IMG/VR virus record: IMGVR_UViG_3300035208_007487
Direction: 5' to 3' (one strand)
DNA from: a virus
Lineage: Duplodnaviria > Caudoviricetes
Length of the DNA stretch: 64,000 nucleotides
This document shows, one piece after another, positions 38,951 to 48,448 of this stretch. The number at the start of each line of letters is the position of its first letter. Within the stretch, counting starts at the first letter, position 1. The notes beneath the pieces are model-generated. The model worked only from the letters and a program-made list of their open reading frames with translations. It ran no database searches and was not told where the DNA came from. The translations under genes and the position numbers were made by a program.

Positions 38951-39835
38951 TTAAGCATTTTTAAAGAGCTTTCTGTTAAATAAATTTAGTATTTCACTAT
39001 ATTCTAAGTTGCTCTTCATAGCCATTTCACTACTATCTGGTACTATAATTTTAACATTATTGTATTGCTCAAGTATCATTTCTTCTAATTTCTTGGGAAT
39101 AAACTCAAAATTAACTAGCCTTTGATTTAGTAAATATTGCTTATCCAATTTAATTTTAGTGAAATATGGTAATAGATTACCTTCACTTTCTGTAATTACC
39201 CCTCTAGCTTTAACTGGACCAAATCCCCTAGCTACTGGTTTAATGTTATCTCCTCGATCTCCACTAATAACCTTAAGATTAATCAACTCTCGCCAATCAA
39301 TATTATCGACTTCTTTTCTATCTTTTGCATTATAGCATCTAAAATTAGAAAATCTAAAAAGTTGATGAATATCAGCATCACCTGTTACTGCTATTATTTC
39401 TTCTTCTTCATGCAAGTGCTTAGTTAATACAGCTATAATATCGTCCGCTTCTGCGTATTTGTTATATAAAGTCTTAAATGGATATATTTTAGATAAATTC
39501 ATTAAAAATTCATCTCTAACTATAGAAAATTTACCCCAATCAACTGGAAATGCGGCTCTAGCTTTAGCTCTAGTTCCTTTATATTCTGGATAAAAATGCC
39601 TTCTCCATAATTTATTTCCATCACAAGCTATTGTTAATTTATCGGGATTAAAAAGATCAATTAAATTTACTATTTCTAATTCCATTTCCTTACATAAATT
39701 GATAAATCCGCTATCTGATTCTTGCATTAAAAATAGGTTTTTAGTATTTTTATCAAAACCTTTAGATCCTGATACTAAGGAAAAAAGTTTCCAATAACTA
39801 ATTGAGCCAGCATCTACTATTAACTCTGTAAGCAT
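38951..39835 (-). CDS. rnh: RNase H / 5'-3' exonuclease (T4 Rnh-like)
   Basis: WRR..YPEYKGTR, EADDIIA, GDAD..QL, GDRGDNI. Confidence 0.9.
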   Translation of the reverse strand: MLTELIVDAGSISYWKLFSLVSGSKGFDKNTKNLFLMQESDSGFINLCKEMELEIVNLIDLFNPDKLTIACDGNKLWRRHFYPEYKGTRAKARAAFPVDWGKFSIVRDEFLMNLSKIYPFKTLYNKYAEADDIIAVLTKHLHEEEEIIAVTGDADIHQLFRFSNFRCYNAKDRKEVDNIDWRELINLKVISGDRGDNIKPVARGFGPVKARGVITESEGNLLPYFTKIKLDKQYLLNQRLVNFEFIPKKLEEMILEQYNNVKIIVPDSSEMAMKSNLEYSEILNLFNRKLFKNA

Positions 39836-39861
39836 TTTGTAATTGTAACTAAATATTAAAT

Positions 39862-40590
39862 ATGAAGGTTACTGATTTTACTATCCTGGCAGAAGATGTT
39901 GATCCAGATGATATTGATATATCTTCGCTTATTTTACGCAAAGAATTAAATCCAAAAATATGGAATAATTTTAATTTAGTGCCTGATGTAGCCGATACTG
40001 CTAAAAAAATAGCTAAAGATTATTCAGATTTTATGCTGAAAAATCTAAAAGATGCTGAAGTATCTGAAATATATTTTACTGGAAGTTTAGCAAACTACAA
40101 TTGGTCTAATTATTCAGATTTTGATATTCACGTTATAATAGATTATTCAGATATTAATAAAGATATTGATTTAGTTGGAGATTATTTTTGGGATAGAACT
40201 CTATTATATAGATTAGATAATAAATTTGAAATAAGTGGATTTGAAGTTGAATTAAATATTAATAATATTACTCCTCTTAGAAAAAATGCAGGAGTTTATT
40301 CATTATTATATGATGAATGGGTTCAAAAACCAGACACTAATAAAATAATAATTGACTTCAAATTAGTTAAAGAAAAAGCCGCAGCTATTATGAATATGAT
40401 TGATGATTCCAGATGCGATTTAAATAATTTGATCAATATTAAAGAAAAAATAAGAAAAATGAGAGATTCTGGTATTGATAAATATGGAGAATTCTCTATA
40501 GAAAATTTAGCATTTAAAATATTAAGAAGAACTGGATATATAGATAAGCTTAAAAAAGAAATATCTGAATATTCTAAACTTACCGTATAA
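39862..40590 (+). CDS. Pol-beta-superfamily nucleotidyltransferase
   Basis: TGSLANYNW..SDFDIH, VEL, GVYSL, GEFS.ENL.FK.LRR; late promoter. Confidence 0.8.
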   Translation: MKVTDFTILAEDVDPDDIDISSLILRKELNPKIWNNFNLVPDVADTAKKIAKDYSDFMLKNLKDAEVSEIYFTGSLANYNWSNYSDFDIHVIIDYSDINKDIDLVGDYFWDRTLLYRLDNKFEISGFEVELNINNITPLRKNAGVYSLLYDEWVQKPDTNKIIIDFKLVKEKAAAIMNMIDDSRCDLNNLINIKEKIRKMRDSGIDKYGEFSIENLAFKILRRTGYIDKLKKEISEYSKLTV

Positions 40591-42142
40591 CAACTGTTCC
40601 ACTAAATGAAATACTAAATGTTAGAATAATTGTGTTACTATCAACAACCGTAATACTAGGAATAATTGTTGAACCCGATGAATTAGTACAATTTACAGTA
40701 ACTGTTTTATTTAAATTATGAATAATTGTTGCAGTAGTTACATTGTATAAAGTAGTTGAATAAGTTGAAGTAATTGTTTTTTCTATTGAATTTACAATAT
40801 TATTATCAGATATCTCAGCAAAATGATCATATGCTAAGTCAACTACTGAACTTACATTAGTAACTCTTAAATTGTCATATACTGAATTAGTACTATCAGA
40901 AGTTTTTTTAGTATCTTTTTTTGAATTAGAAATATTAGTTTCAGCTAATGTTATTTCAGCTTTTTTTTCAACTAATTTTGCACTTAAATTAGTTGTTAAT
41001 TCTTTAACACGTAATGCTGCACTATCATCATCTGATATTGGCAAAAATGAACTTAATTTAGATTTAATTACATTACTTTGAGAAGATTTGATTGCTTCTG
41101 ATTCAATGGCATCTCTAGCTAAAATAGAAGCTCTTCCTCCAGTTAATGTATCTAATTCCTCACATATTACCTTAATTGCCCCTAGAGAAGCATTTGCAAG
41201 GCATGTAGAGTATTCTAATTGTGTTTGGACATACTTGCTAAGTAGACCATCTGGACCGCTTAAACAGTCTTCTAGCATCTCTTTTATTGCTTTAGCTAAA
41301 GATGAATTATTTTTTTTAGCGGAAGCTGGTAATTTTGATAGCATAGATGAAGGCAATTTGCTATCTCCTAAATCACTGTGCCCATTTTGCTTTAATATTT
41401 CGTAAAATTTACTTTCTTTATTTTTTAGAAAATCACTTATTGTAGAACTAGATTCATTGAATAATAATGCAGTATGTCCTGGTTCACTTTCATTTATTAA
41501 TGAGCTATCATTAAATTCAATATGTAACTCAGTATTTGATTGTTTTATAAAAATTCCACTTAAATTGAAATAATCACTATTATTAATATAAAACCAATTT
41601 ACTATATTATAAACATAGTCGAAATATTCAGATTTAGTTCTAATATCTATAGCTAATCCTCTTTGATGAACTGAGGTATTAGGCTTGGCCCAAGTATATC
41701 CTAATGAATTTAGTGCGGATTGAATTGAATTGTAATCAAATTCAAATAAATAATTACCATTATATTTTCCTATCAATTCAGGATTTGTTTGTTTTGATTT
41801 GTACTTTGAAAAATTAATATTTGGATTATTATCATATAATAATTTCAATCCTATTTTTGCTTGTAATTCAGGAGGAATATATGCATTTGAAATGTATGTG
41901 CTTTCTGGCATATATCTCCCAACTATACTCCAAAAATCATAATGAAAACTTTTAAGATAAGCTCCATCTAAAATTAAAGGTTGCAATAAAGGATATCTTA
42001 ATGTTTTAATACTATTATTTACACCAGATACTTCATACACTTTAGCATCGCTAATCAGTGAACTATTTCCATTTTGGAAATAACTTAAAGCGCTTGCATT
42101 AAAATATGATAGTGAAAGATCACTGCCCTTTGGATAATTCAT
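40580..42142 (-). CDS. Virion-associated protein with M15-type Zn peptidase domain
   Basis: SVHQRGLAIDI..LHIEF; C-terminal HNL..beta module. Confidence 0.65.
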   Translation of the reverse strand: MNYPKGSDLSLSYFNASALSYFQNGNSSLISDAKVYEVSGVNNSIKTLRYPLLQPLILDGAYLKSFHYDFWSIVGRYMPESTYISNAYIPPELQAKIGLKLLYDNNPNINFSKYKSKQTNPELIGKYNGNYLFEFDYNSIQSALNSLGYTWAKPNTSVHQRGLAIDIRTKSEYFDYVYNIVNWFYINNSDYFNLSGIFIKQSNTELHIEFNDSSLINESEPGHTALLFNESSSTISDFLKNKESKFYEILKQNGHSDLGDSKLPSSMLSKLPASAKKNNSSLAKAIKEMLEDCLSGPDGLLSKYVQTQLEYSTCLANASLGAIKVICEELDTLTGGRASILARDAIESEAIKSSQSNVIKSKLSSFLPISDDDSAALRVKELTTNLSAKLVEKKAEITLAETNISNSKKDTKKTSDSTNSVYDNLRVTNVSSVVDLAYDHFAEISDNNIVNSIEKTITSTYSTTLYNVTTATIIHNLNKTVTVNCTNSSGSTIIPSITVVDSNTIILTFSISFSGTVVIR

Positions 42143-43748
42143 TTAAAGTATTTATTATAGAAAATGTATGGTTTAAAGTAAGAGTTTCTATATTGAATTT
42201 TTTCTTTAAGTAATAACCATGCCTAGCTATATATTGTAGATTAACTCTACTTCTCCACATATTTCCTGTTCTTTTTAAAATTGATAAATCATCTACTAAA
42301 TCATAGATAGTGGCAAAATCCTTAGTTTCATGTAATCTTAATATTCTACCTATTGATTGTACAATTGTTTCATATGAGCGCAAAGATGATGCAAAAATAC
42401 AATTATGTAATTTCTTGATGTTAATACCTGTTGACATTGTTGTATAAGTAGCAACTAATATAACACCTTCTCTATCATTCATTGAAGTAATAATGGCATC
42501 TCTTTTTGTTTTCTTTATGCCACCGTATATTATTTCTGTAGTAAATTGAGGATGATATTTGTTTATATGTTTAACAATATCATCCAATTCACCATTTTCT
42601 ATTTTACTACAAAGAATTAATGTATTTTGTTTAGGTGTTATTTTACCAGAATTTATTAAATTAGATATGGTCCATAATTTTGATTTATTTAATCTTAATA
42701 ATTCAACTTCCTCATCAAATTTTATATCATTTTGCTTCATAAATTTAATGGATTTTAAATCATAAGGTAACATTACTTCAACAATATTTGCTTTAGCCAA
42801 TATTCCTCTATCTTGAAGATCTTTAGTTTCAGCTAATATTATTTTTTTACCAAACGCACCTTCTAAAGTTTTCACATACAAAGGCTCTTCAGGAATCGTC
42901 CCGGTGAATCCTAGTCTGTATTCAGCATTTATGCATGAATTCAATACTCCTAATAATGTTTTACCATCTTTTTTTGCTCTATGCGCTTCATCTAACATAA
43001 CCATATTGAATCTATTACAGAATTCTTTATCTTTTGATAGTAATCCATCAATTGAATTATATACAGCTATCATTACTGGCTTAGTTAATGCATCTGCTTT
43101 TTCAGAGGCAGTAAATTCAGAATCATATAATCCAACATATTTGTCAATATTATTCCATTTATATGATTTAAAATCTCTATACATTTGAGTAACTAATGCT
43201 ACATTTGGAACTAACAATAATACTTTAAAATCTTTATCTTTATTTAAATGCATTAAATATCTTATTAATAGATAAATTAATACACTTTTACCAGATCCAG
43301 TAGGTGATTCAAATAATAGTCTTTTCTTTTTAATAGCTAATTTAAATCCATTAATTTGAAAATCATATGGATTGAATCCATTTAATTTAGCAAAATTATC
43401 AATAAATGAATCTATTTCATCGTAATTAATATTATCTTCTAAAAATGATGTTTTAATATCATCACTAACTTCTACTTCAAATGAAGATGCTTTTAGTAAT
43501 TTAACGGCTTCAGGCACTAAGCCTAATGGCAAAGCTCCATATATTTTTTTAAATACATGTAATTTACCATCATATCTAGTTATTTTTCTATTTTTGTACC
43601 TTTTATCAAATTTATAATTTGGAGTATATATTGCAAAATTACCATCTAAATATGATAATGGATTTGCATAAGTAGATTCTGTTTCTGATCTACCTAACCA
43701 AACAAATTTAGCCCATATATTGTTTAATTTATCTACTCTAACTGGCAC
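42120..43748 (-). CDS. uvsW: SF2 DNA helicase UvsW
   Basis: SPTGSGKS, DEAH, GFTGT, STGINIK.LHN, QSIGR.LR. Confidence 0.93.
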   Translation of the reverse strand: MPVRVDKLNNIWAKFVWLGRSETESTYANPLSYLDGNFAIYTPNYKFDKRYKNRKITRYDGKLHVFKKIYGALPLGLVPEAVKLLKASSFEVEVSDDIKTSFLEDNINYDEIDSFIDNFAKLNGFNPYDFQINGFKLAIKKKRLLFESPTGSGKSVLIYLLIRYLMHLNKDKDFKVLLLVPNVALVTQMYRDFKSYKWNNIDKYVGLYDSEFTASEKADALTKPVMIAVYNSIDGLLSKDKEFCNRFNMVMLDEAHRAKKDGKTLLGVLNSCINAEYRLGFTGTIPEEPLYVKTLEGAFGKKIILAETKDLQDRGILAKANIVEVMLPYDLKSIKFMKQNDIKFDEEVELLRLNKSKLWTISNLINSGKITPKQNTLILCSKIENGELDDIVKHINKYHPQFTTEIIYGGIKKTKRDAIITSMNDREGVILVATYTTMSTGINIKKLHNCIFASSLRSYETIVQSIGRILRLHETKDFATIYDLVDDLSILKRTGNMWRSRVNLQYIARHGYYLKKKFNIETLTLNHTFSIINTLNELSKGQ

Positions 43749-43778
43749 ATATAGTATTTATGCCATTATTAAAGCCAT

Positions 43779-44234
43779 TTAGTATGCCATTAATGAAGTC
43801 TTAATCAATTCAACTTGATTTGATACTTTAGCATTAATGTATTTAAAATACTCTACATAATCCTTAAGTAAATTGTATATTACTTCTAATTTTGAGATAC
43901 TTTCTCGTATTGAAATATATTCACTATCAAGGGCTATTTTTTCAAGCATTTCAGTCTTGTCAATAACTCTATGTTCATTGAAAGTTTCATCATATCTACA
44001 TTTTTGTTTTATTTTATTTTCTATAATATTTAATTTATTTTTTAATTGATTTAATTTTATAGAAGTTCTACCTAATTTTGATAACCATTTATTAAATAGC
44101 AATCCAGTACCTAGATTGTATCTCATTAAATCTTCAATTTTCTCTGGAAGTACACTATCTTTTTCAAATATATTAATGAGATTTTCAAGTTTATATTCTT
44201 CATCAAACATTATCTCAAAATCAGTCTTTTCCAT
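43779..44234 (-). CDS. uvsY: Recombination mediator UvsY-like
   Basis: About 150-aa helical protein next to uvsW as in T4; weak motif support. Confidence 0.55.
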   Translation of the reverse strand: MEKTDFEIMFDEEYKLENLINIFEKDSVLPEKIEDLMRYNLGTGLLFNKWLSKLGRTSIKLNQLKNKLNIIENKIKQKCRYDETFNEHRVIDKTEMLEKIALDSEYISIRESISKLEVIYNLLKDYVEYFKYINAKVSNQVELIKTSLMAY

Positions 44235-44297
44235 TATGTAAATTATAACTATTGTTTAATAGCTATATATAAATTATATATAATTATTTAATAATTC

Positions 44298-44525
44298 AAT
44301 ATGTTCTTTAATAATTATATATACTATAAATTATTCAATATATTGTACGAAGTACTAATAAATTAATCAATAATATATCAATACTTTTAAGATATTTAAC
44401 AATATATATTTAATTCTTTAATATGTTCTTTAATAATTATATATACTATAAATTATTCAATATATTGTACGAAGTACTAATAAATTAATCAATAATATAT
44501 CAATACTTTTAAGATATTTAACAAT
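44298..44525. repeat. Exact 106-bp direct repeat (44298-44403 and 44420-44525), extremely AT-rich
   Basis: The two copies read identical; period 122 bp. Confidence 0.9.
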
Positions 44526-44539
44526 TGGATATAATTTCT

Positions 44540-44848
44540 CTAATTCCCCCTTCCAGCCCCATTGAGATTTGACGAATCTCAGCTAGAAGAAGTACTTCTC
44601 TACATTACAAAACTTATGTCATTAAGAATTATATGTAACGCCCCCCTTTAGATACTCAGTTGTGATTTCGATGAAATCTAGGAATTTCTCTTCCTAATCA
44701 ACTACCTCTGCCATGCTCCAGTTGTTAAGATATACTTAACAACCTCCCGTAGGCGTATCTACAATGTCTATGAGCCAGCTTCATCAGCTTTGATTTCTCG
44801 TGACTCTCATAAACCTTCCTCCGATTTCTGTTAGCTCGGAAACTCTAA
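44540..44848 (-). ncRNA. Putative structured non-coding RNA / origin primer RNA
   Basis: Several nested stems, G-tracts, no ORF, TATACT -10 at 44853-44858 on the minus strand. Confidence 0.55.
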
Positions 44849-44907
44849 GCAAAGTATAACAAAAAATTTTGGTTTGATATAATTACTTAGTAGAACTAAA
44901 TAAGTAG

Positions 44908-46251
44908 GTGAGCATGAAACATTTTTTAAAATATAGCACCGAATTAATTGATTTAATTTTAGGTGAATTATCCAATGGAGCTTCAGTTAAAGATTTATCT
45001 AAAAAATATGCAATAGATACTAGACGCATATATGAATGGAAAAACAAGCATAGAAAAAAAGTAGATGTTTCAATTAAACAAGATTTAGAGATTAAAGAAG
45101 AAAACGAAAAAGTAATTACTTCAAATTCTAAAGAATTTTTAACAATTGAAGAAGTATTAAGAAAAAATGGAATATCTCAAGATGAATGGGAAGTTACCAA
45201 TGTAAAGATAAACAATTGGGAAGATTCATCAGGTGAAGTGCATTATCAAAATAAAATAAATTTAATTAAGAAAAATATTAATTTAACTTATGAAGTACCG
45301 GCTCCAATTATAATTAATAATAATTCGCATCAATCATATCGTGCAACTTTAAATACAAATTTAAAATGTGCAATAATTTTACCAGACATTCAAACTGGTT
45401 TTAGACGAGATGTTAATACTGGTAAACTAACTGCTATTCATGATAGAGTTGCAATAGATTTAGCTCTTCAATTAATTAAATATTTAAATCCTCATAGAGT
45501 TGTTTTATTAGGAGATAATTTAGATTTAGCAGAATTTTCAACTAAATATCAAATTTCAAATGATTTTTATTTTACAACTCAAGCATCTCTAGTAGAACTA
45601 GCTTGGTGGCTTGGGCAAATAAGATCAATAAATCCTAACATGCAAATTGATTACACACAAGGTAATCATGAAAAAAGACTTGAAAAATATATAAATGAAA
45701 AAGCAATTGCATTAAGCGGCTTAAAAGCTGCAAATAACCTAAATGGATTTCCTTCAATTAGTGTCGAATCGTTATTAGGTTTAGATTCTTTAAATATTAA
45801 ATGTCATTCATATCCAGAAGGTAAAGTAGCTCTTAATAGTAATTTAATTTGTATACATGGAGAAACAGCAAAAGGCCAATCTGGTGCAACTGTTTCTGAA
45901 TTAGTTAAATCAGCCAGAGTATCAGTAATTCAAGGGCATATACATAGACATGAAGTAGCTGTTAGAACTACTTGGGATGCTTATGATGATTATTATCAAT
46001 ACACTGCTGCATCATTTGGATGTTTATGTAAAATAGCTCCAGGGGTTGTACCTGGAATGAAGATACGCCAAAATTGGCAAAACGGCATTGGTATTGTTTG
46101 GTATGAAGAATCTGGATTAGAACAATTTAGATTAGAATATGTACCAATTATTAATGGTAGAAGCTTATATGATGGAGTAATATTTAATGGTAGTAATGAA
46201 TCAGATATTGTAAAAAACATAGAAAGCGACACTAATTATAAAGTATCATGA
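44908..46251 (+). CDS. HTH-fused calcineurin-like metallophosphoesterase
   Basis: N-terminal HTH; PDIQ, GDNLD, GNHE, HGE, GHIHR. Confidence 0.85.
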   Translation: MSMKHFLKYSTELIDLILGELSNGASVKDLSKKYAIDTRRIYEWKNKHRKKVDVSIKQDLEIKEENEKVITSNSKEFLTIEEVLRKNGISQDEWEVTNVKINNWEDSSGEVHYQNKINLIKKNINLTYEVPAPIIINNNSHQSYRATLNTNLKCAIILPDIQTGFRRDVNTGKLTAIHDRVAIDLALQLIKYLNPHRVVLLGDNLDLAEFSTKYQISNDFYFTTQASLVELAWWLGQIRSINPNMQIDYTQGNHEKRLEKYINEKAIALSGLKAANNLNGFPSISVESLLGLDSLNIKCHSYPEGKVALNSNLICIHGETAKGQSGATVSELVKSARVSVIQGHIHRHEVAVRTTWDAYDDYYQYTAASFGCLCKIAPGVVPGMKIRQNWQNGIGIVWYEESGLEQFRLEYVPIINGRSLYDGVIFNGSNESDIVKNIESDTNYKVS

Positions 46252-46547
46252 GCTATTTTAATAAAGAATCTCAAGATAATAAAATAAAAGAATCAGATTT
46301 AACTAAAATATTTGCTAAATTTCTAGATATTAATGATACTGAAGATAGATTTAAAATACATGACAATATTATTAAAGCTATCAGATTAGTATTAGGGGAA
46401 TTTAAACCAGAATACGCTCATTTTATTCAAGAAATAATTGATTTATATTTTGGGGAAATTGAAGTTCCAAATAATATCATTAATGAACCTATTGCAAAAA
46501 TAAACAAATTCGATACTTCTGAAAAATTCAAGAAATTAAAGATATAA
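46248..46547 (+). CDS. Hypothetical protein
   Basis: 99-aa coupled ORF. Confidence 0.55.
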   Translation: MSYFNKESQDNKIKESDLTKIFAKFLDINDTEDRFKIHDNIIKAIRLVLGEFKPEYAHFIQEIIDLYFGEIEVPNNIINEPIAKINKFDTSEKFKKLKI

Positions 46548-46554
46548 TTACTAC

Positions 46555-48423
46555 ATGTCGAGGTATATTGAATTCGTAGAATGTGGTTTTAAAAATATTT
46601 TTAGATATGGGGCTAATTGGACAGTATTTAAGTTCAATAGTGGATTAACGAATGTATTTGGAAAAAATGGAATAGGTAAATCCACTATATTAGAAGCTCT
46701 TCATTATTGTTTGTTTGGTGAATCATATCGGGGGCTTACTTTAGCCAAATTAATCAATAGATCTAATAAGAAAAATTTTGAAATATATTTAATAATTAAA
46801 ATAGTTTCAAATGGCAAAGAAGTTACTTATAAAATATTAAGAGGGCTTGATCCTAAAATTGAACAATTATATATACTAGGAGATCCGAAACCAATAGATA
46901 TTAACGGTAGATTTAACAAATATATTATTGATAATTTATTAGGATTTGATGCTAATATTAATAAAAAAGTAATATCAGTTAATCCAAAAAACAATTCATT
47001 CACTACAATGTCTTTAGATGAAAGACGAAAAGTTATTGATTCAATAGTTAATCTAAGTAAAACTAAAGAATATTTGAAAAATATAAAAGATAAATTAAAT
47101 GAAGAAGCTACTAAAAAAACAATATTAATATCTGATATTGATTTTAATAAGCGTTCGGCTGAACCTTATGAAATAATGATTGCTAAAAATGACATTGATA
47201 AAGATAGCAAGATCAACGCTATTGATTTATCAATATCAAAATGCAAGAAAGAGCAAGAAGATAATAATGTAAAATTAGTAGAATTAAATAATGGATTAAG
47301 TGATTTGGATGAAAATATCAATAAATTACTTAAAGAAGAGGCTGATTTAAAATCAGTTTATTTATTAAAAAACCCAAAAGAATTAAATAATAAATTAATT
47401 AAACTTAAATCAAGTTTATTATATCTGAAAAATAAAGCAAAGGATAAGAAAAATGAAATATCTAAAATCATTCCTAATACCATATGTTCTCACTGTGGAA
47501 ATAGTTATACAGTGGATCAAGCTAATGATAAAAGACGAGAAGAAACAATAGAATATAATAAAATACTTGAAGATGGTCGTAAAGTTAATGATGAATTAAA
47601 ATCTCTTAATGATGAAATCAATGCGTTAACTAAGGAATATGACAACATTTCTAAATTAACTAATGAAATCATGGCTCTTAAAGATATAAAAAGTCAAAAG
47701 GTATATGAGATTAAAATAATTGAACAACAAAATCTATTAAGTAGTCGATCTATAGATGAATTAAGTGAAAATAGATTAGAATTATTAAAAGATAACACTA
47801 ATATTGATTCTATAAAAAATAAATTAGCTGAAATTAATAAAAATAAAATTAAATTAGATGTACAATTAGTTGAAATAAACAAGAGCATAGATAATTTGTC
47901 ATATTCGGCTAAGATGTTTTCGGACACTGGGCTTAAATCATTAATCTTACGCAAATTTTTGCCCATTTTAAATAAATTAATAAATTTCTATTTAAAAAAG
48001 TTTGAACTTAATATTACTTTCAATATTACCGAAGATTATAAGTATAATATTATTGCAGGAAATGAATATTCAGATGATTTTGATGGGTTATCAGGTGGCC
48101 AGCAGCAACGCATTAATTTGGCTATATTATTTGCACAAACTGATTTAATAAAATTAATAGGTAATTTTAAAACTAATTTATTATTTTTAGATGAATATAT
48201 TGATGGTGGAGTAGACGATGAAGGCTTAAATGCTACTATTAAAATATTAAAACAAATATGTTTAAAAGATAATAAATCAATTGTATTGATTTCTCATAAA
48301 TTAAATGCAAATATTATAAAAGAATTAGATTATTTTTATCACGCTAAGAAAATTAATGATAATTTTTCAGAATTAGTAGAAGTTGATTCGAGTTATACAT
48401 CTGAAATATTACTAGAAAATTAA
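46555..48423 (+). CDS. Recombination ATPase gp46 (Rad50/SbcC-like)
   Basis: GKNGIGKS, coiled coil with CSHC hook, LSGGQ, LFLDE, ISH. Confidence 0.93.
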   Translation: MSRYIEFVECGFKNIFRYGANWTVFKFNSGLTNVFGKNGIGKSTILEALHYCLFGESYRGLTLAKLINRSNKKNFEIYLIIKIVSNGKEVTYKILRGLDPKIEQLYILGDPKPIDINGRFNKYIIDNLLGFDANINKKVISVNPKNNSFTTMSLDERRKVIDSIVNLSKTKEYLKNIKDKLNEEATKKTILISDIDFNKRSAEPYEIMIAKNDIDKDSKINAIDLSISKCKKEQEDNNVKLVELNNGLSDLDENINKLLKEEADLKSVYLLKNPKELNNKLIKLKSSLLYLKNKAKDKKNEISKIIPNTICSHCGNSYTVDQANDKRREETIEYNKILEDGRKVNDELKSLNDEINALTKEYDNISKLTNEIMALKDIKSQKVYEIKIIEQQNLLSSRSIDELSENRLELLKDNTNIDSIKNKLAEINKNKIKLDVQLVEINKSIDNLSYSAKMFSDTGLKSLILRKFLPILNKLINFYLKKFELNITFNITEDYKYNIIAGNEYSDDFDGLSGGQQQRINLAILFAQTDLIKLIGNFKTNLLFLDEYIDGGVDDEGLNATIKILKQICLKDNKSIVLISHKLNANIIKELDYFYHAKKINDNFSELVEVDSSYTSEILLEN

Positions 48424-48448
48424 CTCTAAATAATACTGAGGTGTTATA

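Noticed and set aside
44298-44525. Direct repeats as a CRISPR array
   Set aside because: Only two 106-bp units with a 16-bp gap; no repeat-spacer periodicity and no cas genes
44545-44565. GGGGCTG on the minus strand resembling a tmRNA/tRNA-Ala 5' end
   Set aside because: No following GAUUCGAC, T-arm or CCA end; downstream sequence is AT-rich repeat
44800-44830. GAGGAAGGU resembling the RNase P RNA P4 motif GAGGAAAGUCC
   Set aside because: The complementary 3' P4 strand (AACCCGGCUUA-like) was not found
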